Of a stretch of 64,000 bases of DNA, positions 12,150-24,900 are shown piece after piece. Under the pieces are notes generated by a model. It did no database searches, was not told where the DNA came from, and worked only from the letters and a program-made list of their open reading frames with translations. This DNA is from Dimorphilus gyrociliatus. Its lineage: Eukaryota; Animalia; Annelida. The position numbers and the translations under genes were made by a program. How positions within the stretch are numbered: the first letter of the stretch is position 1; each line of letters starts with the position of its first letter. The stretch lies in the NCBI GenBank assembly GCA_904063045.1, contig CAJFCJ010000006.1, positions 4,790,408 through 4,854,407 on the forward strand, in the 5' to 3' direction.

Positions 12150-12954
12150 TGTATACTGTATATATTCGATGAATAGGAGGAATGAATTATAATACTAAGA
12201 AAGGTTATTGGAAGGTGAAAAAGGACGTACAGATTTTTCGAGCACGTTCGCTCCGCAACGTCGATTTGATGACAACCGTTTACAACACGAAGCTGGAACG
12301 GCACATTTATCAATGGATGGGTTATCAACGTGACATTTATAATAGATATTATCATTCCAGTCTTTTGGTCCGTGTATACCGCAACACTTAAAAGTTGATT
12401 GTACCCAGTCAACTAAATCTTTCAGATCATCATCTTCTCTGTAGCGTTGTATTGTCTCTGATCCTATATAATCTTCGACCAATCGTCTAATAAAATTACC
12501 CCTTATTAAAAGGGATATGAATACCACGCATTGAAAAAACAACAGAAAAGTAACGATTATTGCGAATATTCTTAAAAGATTGACATTCAACCGTAATGAT
12601 CCTATACATCCAATAAAAGATATACAGATAACTAGAAAACTGATTAGGATAAGTAAGAAAGATATATCAAATAATTCCGTCTTTATATCCCAGAAATCCG
12701 GTTTGTAAATTGACTTAAGCCTGTAAGCCCATATACCAATCGAAAGTGTCAAACAAGAGAACACCTAAAATATACAAACAGAATAATATTACATAATACC
12801 AATTTGCCTTTTCCAATAGGATAAAAAATATCGTTAACAAAGGACTCATTCCACTTACTAATATCAGGAAATTAATCGTATAAAAAAAGTACTTTAAACA
12901 TCGATTAACTCCTGATTTCCTGTTTCTATCGCAATTCGATTTCTCATTATCCAT
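11835..12954 (-). CDS. Tetraspanin of TspanC8 type (Tspan5/14/17/33-like)
   Basis: Three exons; four hydrophobic segments; large loop with CCG, PASCC and 8 Cys; terminal exon ITIASRTVFASGC...IRDRNSTV* reconstructed after the TA-rich intron. Confidence 0.85.
12079..12148. repeat. (TA)n microsatellite
   Basis: TA run in the last tetraspanin intron. Confidence 0.95.
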
Positions 12955-13298
12955 TAGAAACTGCTAAACAATACTTGTATAAAGTTATTAATGTTCCATT
13001 AGGCCTATGATAAGGAGTGAATATGTTTATAATTTTTAAAAATTTAAAAGGGTAATTTAATAAGTAAAGAGAATAATAAAGCTTATATACAAGCAAGCAT
13101 GCAACTGCAAATTGCTTAAAAATATACATATTGTATGTTATTTCTTATATTATAATCATATTCATATCTATTTAAGAATGTATGAAAAGAATATGTATGA
13201 TTTATTTAAGTAATTATTAAAAACAAATGCAGTATATTGAAAAAATAATAAAGAAAAGGTTAAGTAGGGATGAGGATAAGTAATTCTTGTCTTTTATT

Positions 13299-14898
13299 TC
13301 ATAGAAAATCACGTTGAGTTGCGTATTTTGACCATTCATCTGATGGTTTTATAGGAGGTCTAACCCAATATAAGGGAATACAGCCTCCAAAGTCATTTGC
13401 AGCATCATCAGAATCATCAGTATCCTCCTCTCCATTTTTCATTTTGTCTTTATCGCATAGATATCGATCCCACTTTTGTCTTATTTCAACCAGACGTTCA
13501 ACAGATTTCTTTCCTTCTGCATGATACCAAAACTCGTCAGTTTCTCTTCCGAATAGCCATAATCTTAAATTCTTTTGATAGTTTCTATCACCCGCCTTTT
13601 CATTCAACATAACTTGTAGCATATTCTGTTCGTTATTATATTCTCCTAATTTTTCATTTATAATTTCTTGTAAACATTTCAGGTTGGAATCAAATGAAGA
13701 ATCAAAAACCTGCAATCCTTTAAAATACTTATGGATAAGAAAACACAAGAGAAAGATAATTTATAGGTACATACTCTTTTCTATCTCTTTTCTCTCGCGT
13801 ATTTTCTTTAATTCTTCTAGTTTTGCTAGTAATAATTGTGTCCTTTTCGAATCGGCTATTTTCTTTCGTACATCCCTTAATGTATCGTCAGCAGTTTTTC
13901 TTAAATCATCATCCTATTTATATCAATATTTGAAAGTAGATTTGCATAATTATATAATTTATTCATTAAATAATGCAACTGTTTTTACCCTCTTTCTCTC
14001 TAATTCTTTCTCGCTAAACGAAGATATCCATTTATCTATCTTTATTTCTTTACGTTTTTTATAAAGTTCTTCGTTAATTCTCTCTTGTTTTTTCTCCTCT
14101 TTTCTCTTCTTTATTCTAATCTGTGAAAGGAAGACAAGCAAACAAAAATTCTAGAGACCTGCCTCTCTCATTTGTTAGCAAAAACAACAAAAACAAGTGA
14201 CAACTTACTCGTTTAGATTGACGTCCTCTTAACTGACTTTTAATATGATCTCTTAAAGTTTCTTTTGTTAAAATATTTTGTAAATATTCTAAACGTTTCT
14301 GAAAAAATTTTACTTTTAATTATACTTTCTATTTCCTCAAGTTATAAATAGAACCTACTTTGCATTCAGCTCCTTTTCTCGCTAAATCTTGATCAACTGT
14401 CTGAGAATGTTCTATTTTCATTTGATATCCTTTAAGCTCCTGTAAATTCTCCAGGGCATCAGTCAACATATTACGATATTCGGATATCTAGGATTTTAAC
14501 AAATGATAAGGCTGCATTAATTGAAATAGAAACGAGGTTAATATTTATATATTTATATAAACAGTGTATACCGTCAATGTTTCATTTTCTGTTGGTATAG
14601 CCGGGGGCAATAATTCTAAGTTTCTAGTCCAATTACTGACCCATAATTCATCTTGTAAATGTATATCTTTGCTTATGCGCTGCTGTTTTAAATCTTCCCT
14701 TATCGCTTCTGCTTCTCTAAGCAGTTCGATTGATTTATTCTGAAAGTTGTTTCTTTGGTGCTGTGGAGGTCGGGGTTGATGAGGAATTGATGAATTGGGG
14801 AAGAAGTTTGATCGAAATCGATTTTCTACCATTGGTTGTGCCCATTGCATATTAGGGGGTCGGTTAAATTGATGAGGAGGAGGATGATTCGGATACAT
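13299..14898 (-). CDS. PDCD7: PDCD7 / U11 snRNP 59-kDa protein (minor spliceosome)
   Basis: Pro-rich N-terminus; coiled coil DLKKTADDTLRDVRKKIADSKR; C-terminal SVERLVEIRQKWDRYL...CIPLYWVRPP..PSDEW, matching the PDCD7 signature as recalled. Confidence 0.8.
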
Positions 14899-15905
14899 AC
14901 TGAGCGATAAATGAGCGAAGCGTCTAATATAACTTATCAAGCACCAATAAATTGTTGATCAATCGCATAGTTATTCCTGAACTACCATTTTATAATGTAA
15001 TTTAATTTAATAAGAAAATTTCTACCCGATTAAGCAATAGGTAACTAGAATAGAATAATTATCAGAGCTACATCGGCATTACTAGAATCCAGAAGTAGTT
15101 GCAATAACTATTCAAATGGATTTTGTGTTAATATTATTAACGTTCTTAAAAATTTATGCTATCCCTCACTCAGGTCAAAATATAGGTAATTATCCTGTAA
15201 CAATCCTACAATCATTTCCCCTTAATCGTAAATGTTTGATATTAGTCTTGGAGAATTCCAATTCCCCAAACCGTCATGATAATTAGATTGCGCCTTCAAA
15301 TGTATAAAATTTACCCATTAACTTTCATTGCTTGCTGATAGGGAGCATTCGACATTTTAAAGTATTTGATTGACAAGCTCTACGTTTTTCTAGTAAATAA
15401 CTTAAGAGTGTATTGCAAATGGAAAATCTTAGATTTATCCTCTTAAAAAGAGACATTGCTGAGAAGTAATTGTTTACTTTATCCAATATAGAAATTTAAT
15501 AGGTGAATTTTATATTTAAATCGATCTATATGAAAAGAGATTGTTATTATAAAATAAGATTGTTTTAGTAATAAAAAAAAACAACAAATGATACAAAAAC
15601 AAAAACAAATAAGCTAGAAAGAGTAAATAAATTAAGGAATGCAAGTGGCGGAGTTGAGTGAGGGAGGATGGGGAAGGGAGTGTGAGAGGGGAATAAGAGG
15701 GCAAGGGGAAATCAGGCACGAAGACATTTAAAAAAGAAATTAAATTAGAACAATAGTTAAAAATTTTGTTTCGGAATACGTTGAAAATAATCAGCCGGTG
15801 GTCATAAGATTACAAACTTGAAAACAGAGTCGAAGAGAGAGAGAGAGAGGAAGAGAGAGAGGGAGAGTGAGGAGAAAGGTTGGAAAAAAGCAGCCAAAAT
15901 ACTTT

Positions 15906-17065
15906 TCACTGAGTCAATAACTTTAGTCTAACTCGACAGTTAAAAAGAATATCATATAAAAGGCACCATACGTAGTTCAGTGTTTTCTTTGATTTTTTGC
16001 AGAACACACTGAAAAAGCTAAAAACGAATTCAGTAGCAAAGAGTTAAAGAGAAATTTTCTTTTTTTTTGAATGTTTGTTTTTTAAAAAAAAAAGTAAAAG
16101 AAAACCTTAATAACTTCAAGTGTAGTAACTTTTATATAAAAGTTATATTGAAAAAGGATATACAAAGGAGTAGTCGGGTCTTCCTCCATTGACATACAAA
16201 GCGTAGCAATATCCGTCATAATTTTGCCCATTTATTGTATAATAATATGGCAAGAACTTATGCAGGCGAAAATTTCTCTTCTCGTAGAATTTTATGGCGC
16301 TGAAATTGGTGGTTAAAACATGCAGATAAATAACCTTGCAGTTGCTACGCTCTGGTGTAGTAACTTGACCAACAAGTGAATTTAAGAGTAATGATGCTGC
16401 AAAAGAAATCATATCGTAGAGTTAATTATCTCAAATTACCTCCACTCTATATCCAATACCTATCTTATATATCATTACCAAAGTAATAAGTTAATAAACT
16501 ATCAAGGGTACAACGTAAAATAAGCCTGTAATTACTCGTATAAACTTCAAAGTATATTACCTATTCCGTGTCCTCTTAATTCCCGAATTACCCCTAAGCT
16601 TAATATGTAGGCAACATCAGTACGATTGTTAAATTGCCAAGAGAGAATCTTTGAATCCTGTAAAGAAGGAATATTTGCGATAGATATAGAAAAATTCTTT
16701 TATACCAGTAAAGAAGTTTAATAGGCCTACTTCTTTACTACATTTGTGCTTCGGCTTGACTTCTGATACAATAAAGCCAATGATACTTCCACAGTAAGTT
16801 GCTGCTAGAGAATGAAATCTAGGATCTCCAGTAATATCTTTATACCAACTATCGGGATATCTGAAAATCAATATGGTTAGTGATTATGTAAATTTATTCA
16901 TAATAAGCGAAACCTAATTGGAAACCAATCTGCACATAGAACTTTTAGGACGGGAACATCTGAGGGAGTTAACAATCTAAATTGTATACATCTAGTCCAA
17001 TCTGACGGCATCTCCATTATCGACTTTTTAACATTGCTAAATGAATGTCCATTGTTTTTGTCCAT
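15906..17065 (-). CDS. NAA60: N-alpha-acetyltransferase 60 (NatF)
   Basis: LCADWFPIRYPDSWY, AYILSLGV...RGHGIASLLL, IYLHVLTTN..AIKFYEKRNF. The terminal exon 16032-15906 (EFVFSFFSVFCKKSKKTLNYVWCLLYDILFNCRVRLKLLTQ*) is joined through an AT-AC intron. Confidence 0.92.
16033..16161 (-). other. U12-type (minor spliceosome) AT-AC intron in NAA60
   Basis: 5' site /ATATCCTTT at 16161; branch site TCTTTAAC at 16050-16043, 11 nt from the 3' AC/; the phase-2 join gives an open terminal exon. Confidence 0.88.
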
Positions 17066-18235
17066 ACATTAAGCTATATATTCCTGATTATTTCCAAAAT
17101 ATAGTAGTAACGACCAGAATTATCAGCTTTAGGAGCAATGATTTTCTCCAATTTTAATTTATTTACATATAGCCCATATTTGATTATATATTGCAACAAA
17201 ATATACAAGCAATTAGCAGAGTACTGAAGAGAAATTTTAAAAAATCAGTTTCAGAAATGACATTGTTATACTTCCGGTCTAATGCAGAATACCGATATTA
17301 CTAAGTTTCAGCTGCAATAATCGTTAACCCTTTGTTTACATCTCTACGATAGATTAAAAATGTTTTAATGCCATTTAAAAAAAAAATTCTCATCTTTTAA
17401 TATTTATTTTATTAAAGGAGGCCTCTTTTTAAGGAGAATTTTAAACTCTCTTTAGATAGAAAGTAGCATATTCTTACTATAATTATGTCTTTCGATAAAT
17501 TATCATTGATTTATCATAAAATTATGTTTTAACATGCTAAAAATATTTGAAATTCTTGATAAAAACACACAAATTTAGAAAAAACACGAAATTGCTGAAA
17601 ATTTTATGGTAAATTTTATGGTAATTCTATCCGCTGCCAACTGGTTTTTAGCTATATCCCTAATGGAAACCTGGTATAAATATTGTTTGTCCTAAAAAGT
17701 GACAGTTTGTATAACGTCGCCTAATTTTTCGCTTAGCAAAAAGGAAGATAGTACTGTGTTGTTCTCCTTTCAAAGAAATTATTGTTTTAGATTCTGCTTC
17801 TATTTTACAGCGAATATTGCCTCTTTAAGGTAGACATCTGAATGTCTTTCATTGTTTTCTTTTTAATGACATCGCTATAAACGCTATGCAATATTTCTTT
17901 CTATTTACTTTTATTTCTTCTTTCACTCTTTGCGTCAATTCATATTTCAGTTTATTAACAGGTTCATTTGTTAATTTATAATTTTGTTTACGTTCATTAA
18001 AATTGATGTAAACCATGAAAAGAATTTATGACACTTCTGAAGAAATATCAGCTATTCTATTTAAAAGACTAAGAAGGTTAATAACAATTTTCACTCTATA
18101 ATTTGAGAACAATAACAATTGTAACAATTCTATTTATTAGCCTTCATGCTGTTATAACCATGTATCATTATTCATTGCATTTTTAATGATCAGCAAAGTG
18201 TTATAAAGATATTAAAAACTGTTCACAGATCAACA

Positions 18236-21200
18236 ATGTTTGGCTGGGGAGATAACTCAAAGGGACAATTAGGATTAGTAGTACCATCTCGCAATGTAAA
18301 GAAACCAACAGAAGTACCTTTCAGTAGAGATTTGGAAATATCACAAATTGCTTGTGGAGATAAATTTACTTTAATTTTAACGAAAGGAGGTGTAATTTAC
18401 TCGCTTGGCGATAATTCATCTTATCAACTTGGGCAAGATCGAGTGTCAGCTTCACCTCAAGTCTTAGCCGCCCTCGAAACTCAAACTGTTACAAATATTC
18501 AGTGCGGATTGCGTCATAGTATTGCTCTTACTCGTGAAAATGAGTTATTCGCATGGGGATGTAATATTAAGAAACAATTAGCTCAAAACAGTATTAATAA
18601 AACCCATGTTCCAAAGTAAGTTTGTATAAAAAATGCCCTCCTAACATTTTTCCTACTTTCATTTTTATATCATCTATTTTTAGGCTTGTAAAATTTCCCT
18701 CTAATGCTAAAATAGTTCAAATTGCGTGCGGTGGATTCCATACTGCTATCGTTACTGATATTGGGGAAGTTTTTGTTTTTGGCGATAATAGCGAAGGACA
18801 GCTGGGAATAGGAAATCAACAAGTAACAGTTCCAACTATTTTGCCTACGTTGCCAGGTTTACCGGTTAAACAATTAGCTTGCGGCCAAGCCCATACTTTT
18901 GTATTAACGATATCTGGTGCTCTATTTGGTTTCGGACGAAATTCCTACGGACAATTGGGATTAGGTAATGAAACCAATCACCTGTATCCTACTCAATGTA
19001 AAAACTTAAGAGACCATAAAATTGTTTATGTTACTTGCGGGGGAGATCATACTGCTGCAGTTGCCACTGATGGAGGTCTTTTCACATGGGGTCTAAATGA
19101 CTGCGGACAATTGGGGCACAGTTCAAAGGCAAATCAGAGTCTTCCCATCAAATGCGTTGAGTTAATGGGCGCGACTGTTATTCAAGTAGCATGCGGTGAT
19201 AAGCATACAACCGTATATATTAAAAATACTAATAAAATACTTGCCTTTGGTAGAGGGACAGAAGGGCAGTTATGTTCCAATTTAGATTTTAGTAGACATC
19301 CTGTTGAGATCGAATTTGACAATCGATTCCATAAAATTTTCTCTGGAGGTTGCCAAAATTTCTTGCTTGCAAATGACCAACCACTTGAAGATATGAGAGC
19401 TGAGGAGAGCGTTTTGCTACTCTTAGACAATAATAGACTGGATCAGTTGAAAAGTTACAAAATAGATGACGACGTTCCTACTTCATTTTTAGAAGAAACA
19501 AAGAGAGCGTTTGGCTCTTTATCAACCTACAATTCTTCATTTTTGAAAGGAGGTGGGATGCACTTCAACTGCTCCTCCAAGAATAATGGACTTGACCTAG
19601 ATGCTTGTTCCGATTTTTGGGCAGGTATCAACGACCTCCAGAATCAGAAACTTAAACAGATCATAGATTCATCAATATCCTGCAATCTTATTCCTGTGAT
19701 AAAATCTTTAAACAATCCACCAGACGTTGAAACACTTAGAATATATTTAATTTTACCAACTTCCCATCTATTTTCAAAGACTAGCAAAACAACTTCTGTT
19801 CAAGTTGCGTACGGAACGGCTCTAACTAATTTAAAGCCAATTCCATATAAAATAGTTGATAAATGGTGGACAGCGTTAGCGACTAGACACTTTAATAAAA
19901 TTATCGTAGCTTTTAAGAGTAGCGTTGTCTCCCTTCTACAGGCACGTAACAATGACGACGTCTTAGTTTGTTTAAAAACGCTTGCGAAAGCTTATAATAT
20001 CAATTTATCAACTCATAAAGTGCCTTATGAAAAATTTTATATTTCGGAAGTAACTAACATGGTTGACATAAAGAGAGACTATATTAGTTGGATTAGAATG
20101 CCAATAAACGGAACCGAAAAAGTGTTCTCTTTATGCAATTACCCTTTTGTGTTTAATCCCGAAGCCAAGTGGACATTATTAAGGCTAGACACTCAAATTC
20201 AAATGATGAGGATCATGGAAGAAATTCAACGTCGAAATCTTTTTCAACCGCCAGGCTTTCGTTCCGATAATCCTTATTTTTTTTTAGAGGTTCGCAGAGA
20301 TCATATAATTGAAGATACGTTAAACAGACTGGCCTCGTGCGCTCATGAGTGTAAAAAGCCTCTTAAGGTAAAATTTAGCGGGGAAGAAGCCATTGACGAA
20401 GGAGGAGTTCAAAAAGAATTTTTTCAATTAATCATTAGTGAACTTCTGGTCTCAACCTACGGTATGTTTTCGGTAAATGACCATTCAAGACTACTCTGGT
20501 TCTCCGATTTGACTTTCGAACAAAAACATATGTTTTCATTAATAGGCATGATTTGTGGGTTGGCAATTTACAATTCAAGAATCATTGATGTTCCTTTCCC
20601 ATTAGCTTTATATAAAAAGCTTTTAGGGAAACCCGTCAACTTGGATGATTTCAAAGAGTTAGATCCTGCTATAGGAAACAGCTTAGAGCAATTATTAGAC
20701 TATGAAGATGGGGACCTTGCTGAGGTTTTCTATCTCAATTGGGCCGTAAATAGAGAAGAATGGGGTGAAATGAAAACAATTCCTCTATGTCCAAACGGAG
20801 AAAATATACCAGTCACTCAAGAGAATAAAAAGGCCTACGTTGAGGCTTATACAAATTACATCTTTAACGATAGTGTAAAGGAGCAATATAATGCTTTCGC
20901 CGAGGGATTCAAAAGGGTCGCCGGAGGACGTGTTCTGGAATTGTTTGAAGCCGAAGAACTTCGTGCCGGCGTTTCCGGGAACGAAAATTACGATTGGGAA
21001 ATCCTAGAAAATACAACACAGTATAAAGGTGTTTTTTGGGCAAATCATCCAACAATACAGCTATTTTGGAAAGTTTTTCGAAGTCTATCGGAGGAGGAAA
21101 AGAAAGCATTTCTTAAATTTCTCACTGGTTCGGATCGTATACCAATACACGGAATGGATAAATTAAAAATATCCATAAAGCCTAGCATAGGAGATGAAAG

Positions 21201-21324
21201 TCATTTACCAGTTGCTCATACTTGTTTTGACGAATTAGACTTGCCACTCTATCAAGATGAGAATACCATGAGAAAAAAATTAACAACAGCCATAGCCAGC
21301 AACGAAGGTTTTGGTCTTATGTGA
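18236..21324 (+). CDS. HERC4: HERC3/HERC4-type E3 ubiquitin ligase (RCC1 repeats + HECT)
   Basis: MFGWGDNSKGQLG; repeated ACGxxH...GxNxxGQLG; HECT with GEEAIDEGGVQKEFF and catalytic LPVAHTCF; single intron 18616-18683. Confidence 0.9.
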
Positions 21325-21454
21325 TATTGAACAAATAATAGATAAGAACTTTTTCTTGAATAATTTATACACACAAAGATAAATGAATAAATTATCAGCC
21401 TATCCAAAAACAAAAAAAAATAAACGATACAAAGAGAGAGAGAGGGAGGGAGGG

Positions 21455-21457
<3 letters not shown>

Positions 21458-21498
<41 letters not shown>
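21458..21498. repeat. (TA)n microsatellite next to GA/GGGA repeats
   Basis: Pure TA run between the convergent HERC4 and DLG1 3' ends. Confidence 0.9.
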
Positions 21499-21500
<2 letters not shown>

Positions 21501-21904
21501 AGAGAGAGAGGAGTAGCAAGGCAATAAAATAATTAATATAGGTACATTTTTCAAGTTAGAGGAAGAGTTAATTTTGTAAGTTTTTTGTATTATAAATGTC
21601 AATGAATGGAATTAAAAAATAAAATTAAATTTTTTCTTATAGGAAAAAAATATAAAATAAAAAAAAAAGCACTTTTAAGAATGATAGCAACTACGAACAA
21701 TTCGTATACGGATATCAATAGGTATGTCAATCATGATAGATTATACAATGTGGTCGACAATTAGAAAGTATTAGGTATGATCTAAACTGGTTACCTTTGC
21801 TAAGCGTTTTCTTTCAAAAAAATTCTTACATAAAAGAACCCACTCTCCAACAAACAAAATAATTAAATGTTTTTTTAATGCGTTTAAATGTTCATTTTTT
21901 CCTT

Positions 21905-24900
21905 TTATAGCCTTTCTTTGGCAGGTATCCATACAACAGGCCCTGACTGTTCCTTGATAATTTCTTTTACCTTAGCATATACTTCGTCTCCAGTTTCGCC
22001 CGTAGCAAGAGCTATTTTACAAAAGGAAAAAAAGAAAATAAATAGAAAGATTAGTCTGTAATATAATTAGTAATTGATTTATGCAAATCTAAAGAAAGAG
22101 TGATAGGAATGGGATTGTAATTTATTTAATTTAATTTACCTGTAAAATATTCTCCAAATTCGTGTTCAAGTTTCAAAGCTCTTTCGAAAGCTTTGACAGC
22201 TTGATCTTCTGATATTCTCTTCGACCAATCTTGAATATTTTCGGGACTCTGAGGTCTTATAAAAATGGCTATCGGATAAAGTTGAGCAGCCTGCAATCGT
22301 TTAATGGCATTTCCGGACACGTCCAATATACAATGTTTCTGCCTTAGTGCTACTTCTCTAACAGCTTCGACGCTAGTCCCATACAAATTTTCGTTGTATT
22401 GCCCAGCTTCTATAAATGAATGATTTTGAATTTCTTTTTCCATTTTTTCTCTTGATTCGACAAAATGGTAGTCTCGACCGTCAACTTCGTAATCTCTCCT
22501 CTGTCGAGTTGTGTGCGGAACACAAGATCCAAATTTATCGGGAAATTCCGAGATAAGATCGTCGTTAATTCTATCCTTTAGAGGTCCAAGAATAATTACT
22601 GGACGAGTGTATTTTAGTTCCTGCTGAGTCACTGGCTCGTACGATAGAATAATTTCGTCCGATACTATATATTTATAGGGAGAAATAAAAAAAAGGAAAA
22701 GATAAATAAATGAAGATTAATAAATAATTTATACAGTAGGAATTTAATGCGGGAGATAATATTACTAACTCGATGCAACCAAGATGCTAATTATTCTAAT
22801 ATGGATTAAAAAATTGTTAGGTGCTTAGTTTGCTAAATAATAAGAATTTTGTTAGTTACCCGTTAAGGATGCTTTTTCAATATAAAGATAACCAATCGAT
22901 AGAATATACTGTAGTGTAGTTGATAGATATTATCAAGCTTATATCTACTAGTAATTTACCCATCGATTGAGGAGCAAAGCTCGATTGAGCTAGTATGGAT
23001 TTGGGATATCTGTATACTACACAAATAAGTTCTCACGGGGTTGATTCCTCTAACTTTTACAACGTCGAAGAAGCCAGAAAATAATATCATTAAATCGACT
23101 TACATTCGTCGCCTGATATGGCATCTTCAGAACCTGAATGCTCTTTACTCTTCATAAATGGAAATCTCCTCGAAAACGAAAAGTTCTTTTTTCGCTTATC
23201 AGCCGTTAACGTACCTTGATTATTTGGTGGTGGAGGGGAGGACGATGCGCTCTTGTTTGCTTGGAACTTGACGTTCTTCAATCTTGATCGCTCCTTCCTC
23301 TCCACTCTCCTCTTCGATGGTATGATACCAAGTGGATCGTGTTCCTCCGGCTCCGGTACGATTCTTCTCGCTTGCCACCATTCATCGTCTGATGCGTTCG
23401 TGACATGCAGGATATCGCCGTATTTAAATGCTAATCCTTTAGAGGGCAGACCGCTATCCCTTGTCGGATCATATTCGAATAGCGCTTTAACGTACAACGT
23501 CCTTTTGTGAGTTGTCTTCAAACTGCCCGTACTAGTATTAATCATCTGTTCGCGTATATCGTGTATCTTTGCCTCAAATCTATTATACTCTTCTGGCTTG
23601 TACTGCGCAAGTATAATGACTTCGTCGCCAGATGATTTTAATGCAGCCGCAGCTTCCTCGTGAGTGGCGTGGCGAAGATCCCTTCCATTTACCTATCAGG
23701 AAAAAGTGGTTTTTCATTAATCATCAAAAGATTTATTATTCATCGAATGACTTACTGATAAAAGTTGATCTCCTCTTCTTAACTCACCCGAGATATCTGC
23801 GCAACCGCCAGCCAGAATAAAGCTTATAAATATACCTTCACCATCTTCTCCACCAACTATATTGAAACCTAATTCGGTGTTTTGCTTCTTCAGGATAATT
23901 CGCCTCGGCTCTCTAAATAAACACAAAGGAGAAAATAAATGTTTTTTTTTATACGTTAATCATTGTTTGCAGGTGTCGCAAATAGTGTATGTTTGCTTCC
24001 GCAATAAGTAAGTATCCTTCTTCCGGTGGTGTTTAATATATTGTACAAATAAACAATAAACAAAAAATCGAATTACCTCGAGATATCCATAGCCTCTACG
24101 GCTTGAGGCTCTGGAAGAACTGGCTGATGCTGCAGAGGCATTTGGATAAGCTGTTGTTCCATCATCTCAGACGTATGGCCACTAACAAACGGTTTTACTA
24201 CTATTAGTTTTACAACTTTGCTAGTTGCTTTCAAAACGCTGACGGCATCGTCGTGAGACACAGCTTCTAAAAGCATGTTATCCACGCTGACCAATCTATC
24301 CCCGACTTCCAGCCGACCGTCCTGATGGGCAGCTCCCCCTTCTATTATCTTAGTAATAAAAATTCCATCATCGCCGGTAATGTGTTGATTGCCGATACCT
24401 CCAGCTATTGAAAATCCCAAGCCCTTATTTGTCTTTGTCAAAATAATTTCGACAGGCTCAGCTGAATTGTTCGTTTTACAACGCCTTAGGACTAATCGAA
24501 CGCTTTCACCAGCTGATTTTAATGCTTGAACAGCCTCTCCATGAGATACATTTAACGTATTTACTCCATTTACGGATACTATAACGTCGTTCACTAAAAC
24601 ATTTCCGTCAGCTGCGGCTGCCCCACCTGTCGGGATAAATTTATTTGTAATTAAGATGGAAAGTTGTTAGTCCGTGCCATACCAGGAATAATTTTAGTTA
24701 TGTAAATACTGGGGTCGTCCCCAATATGCGGATTGTCACTGCCCCCAGCGATTGAAAATCCCAAACCAGATCCTCCCCTTTCCAATGCCACTTTTATCGT
24801 TTCCCACTCGCCTGACAAATTGGCAACGTCTTCGCCATTTAGTCGAGGTTGGGGCCGTTGTTGCTCTTCGACGGGTGGCAGGGGCGTTGTCGAGTACTGC

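Noticed and set aside
24012-24020. GTATCCTT and other RTATCCTT matches (10165, 27764) as further U12 donors
   Set aside because: They lie antisense to the host gene or inside exons and have no matching branch site and acceptor
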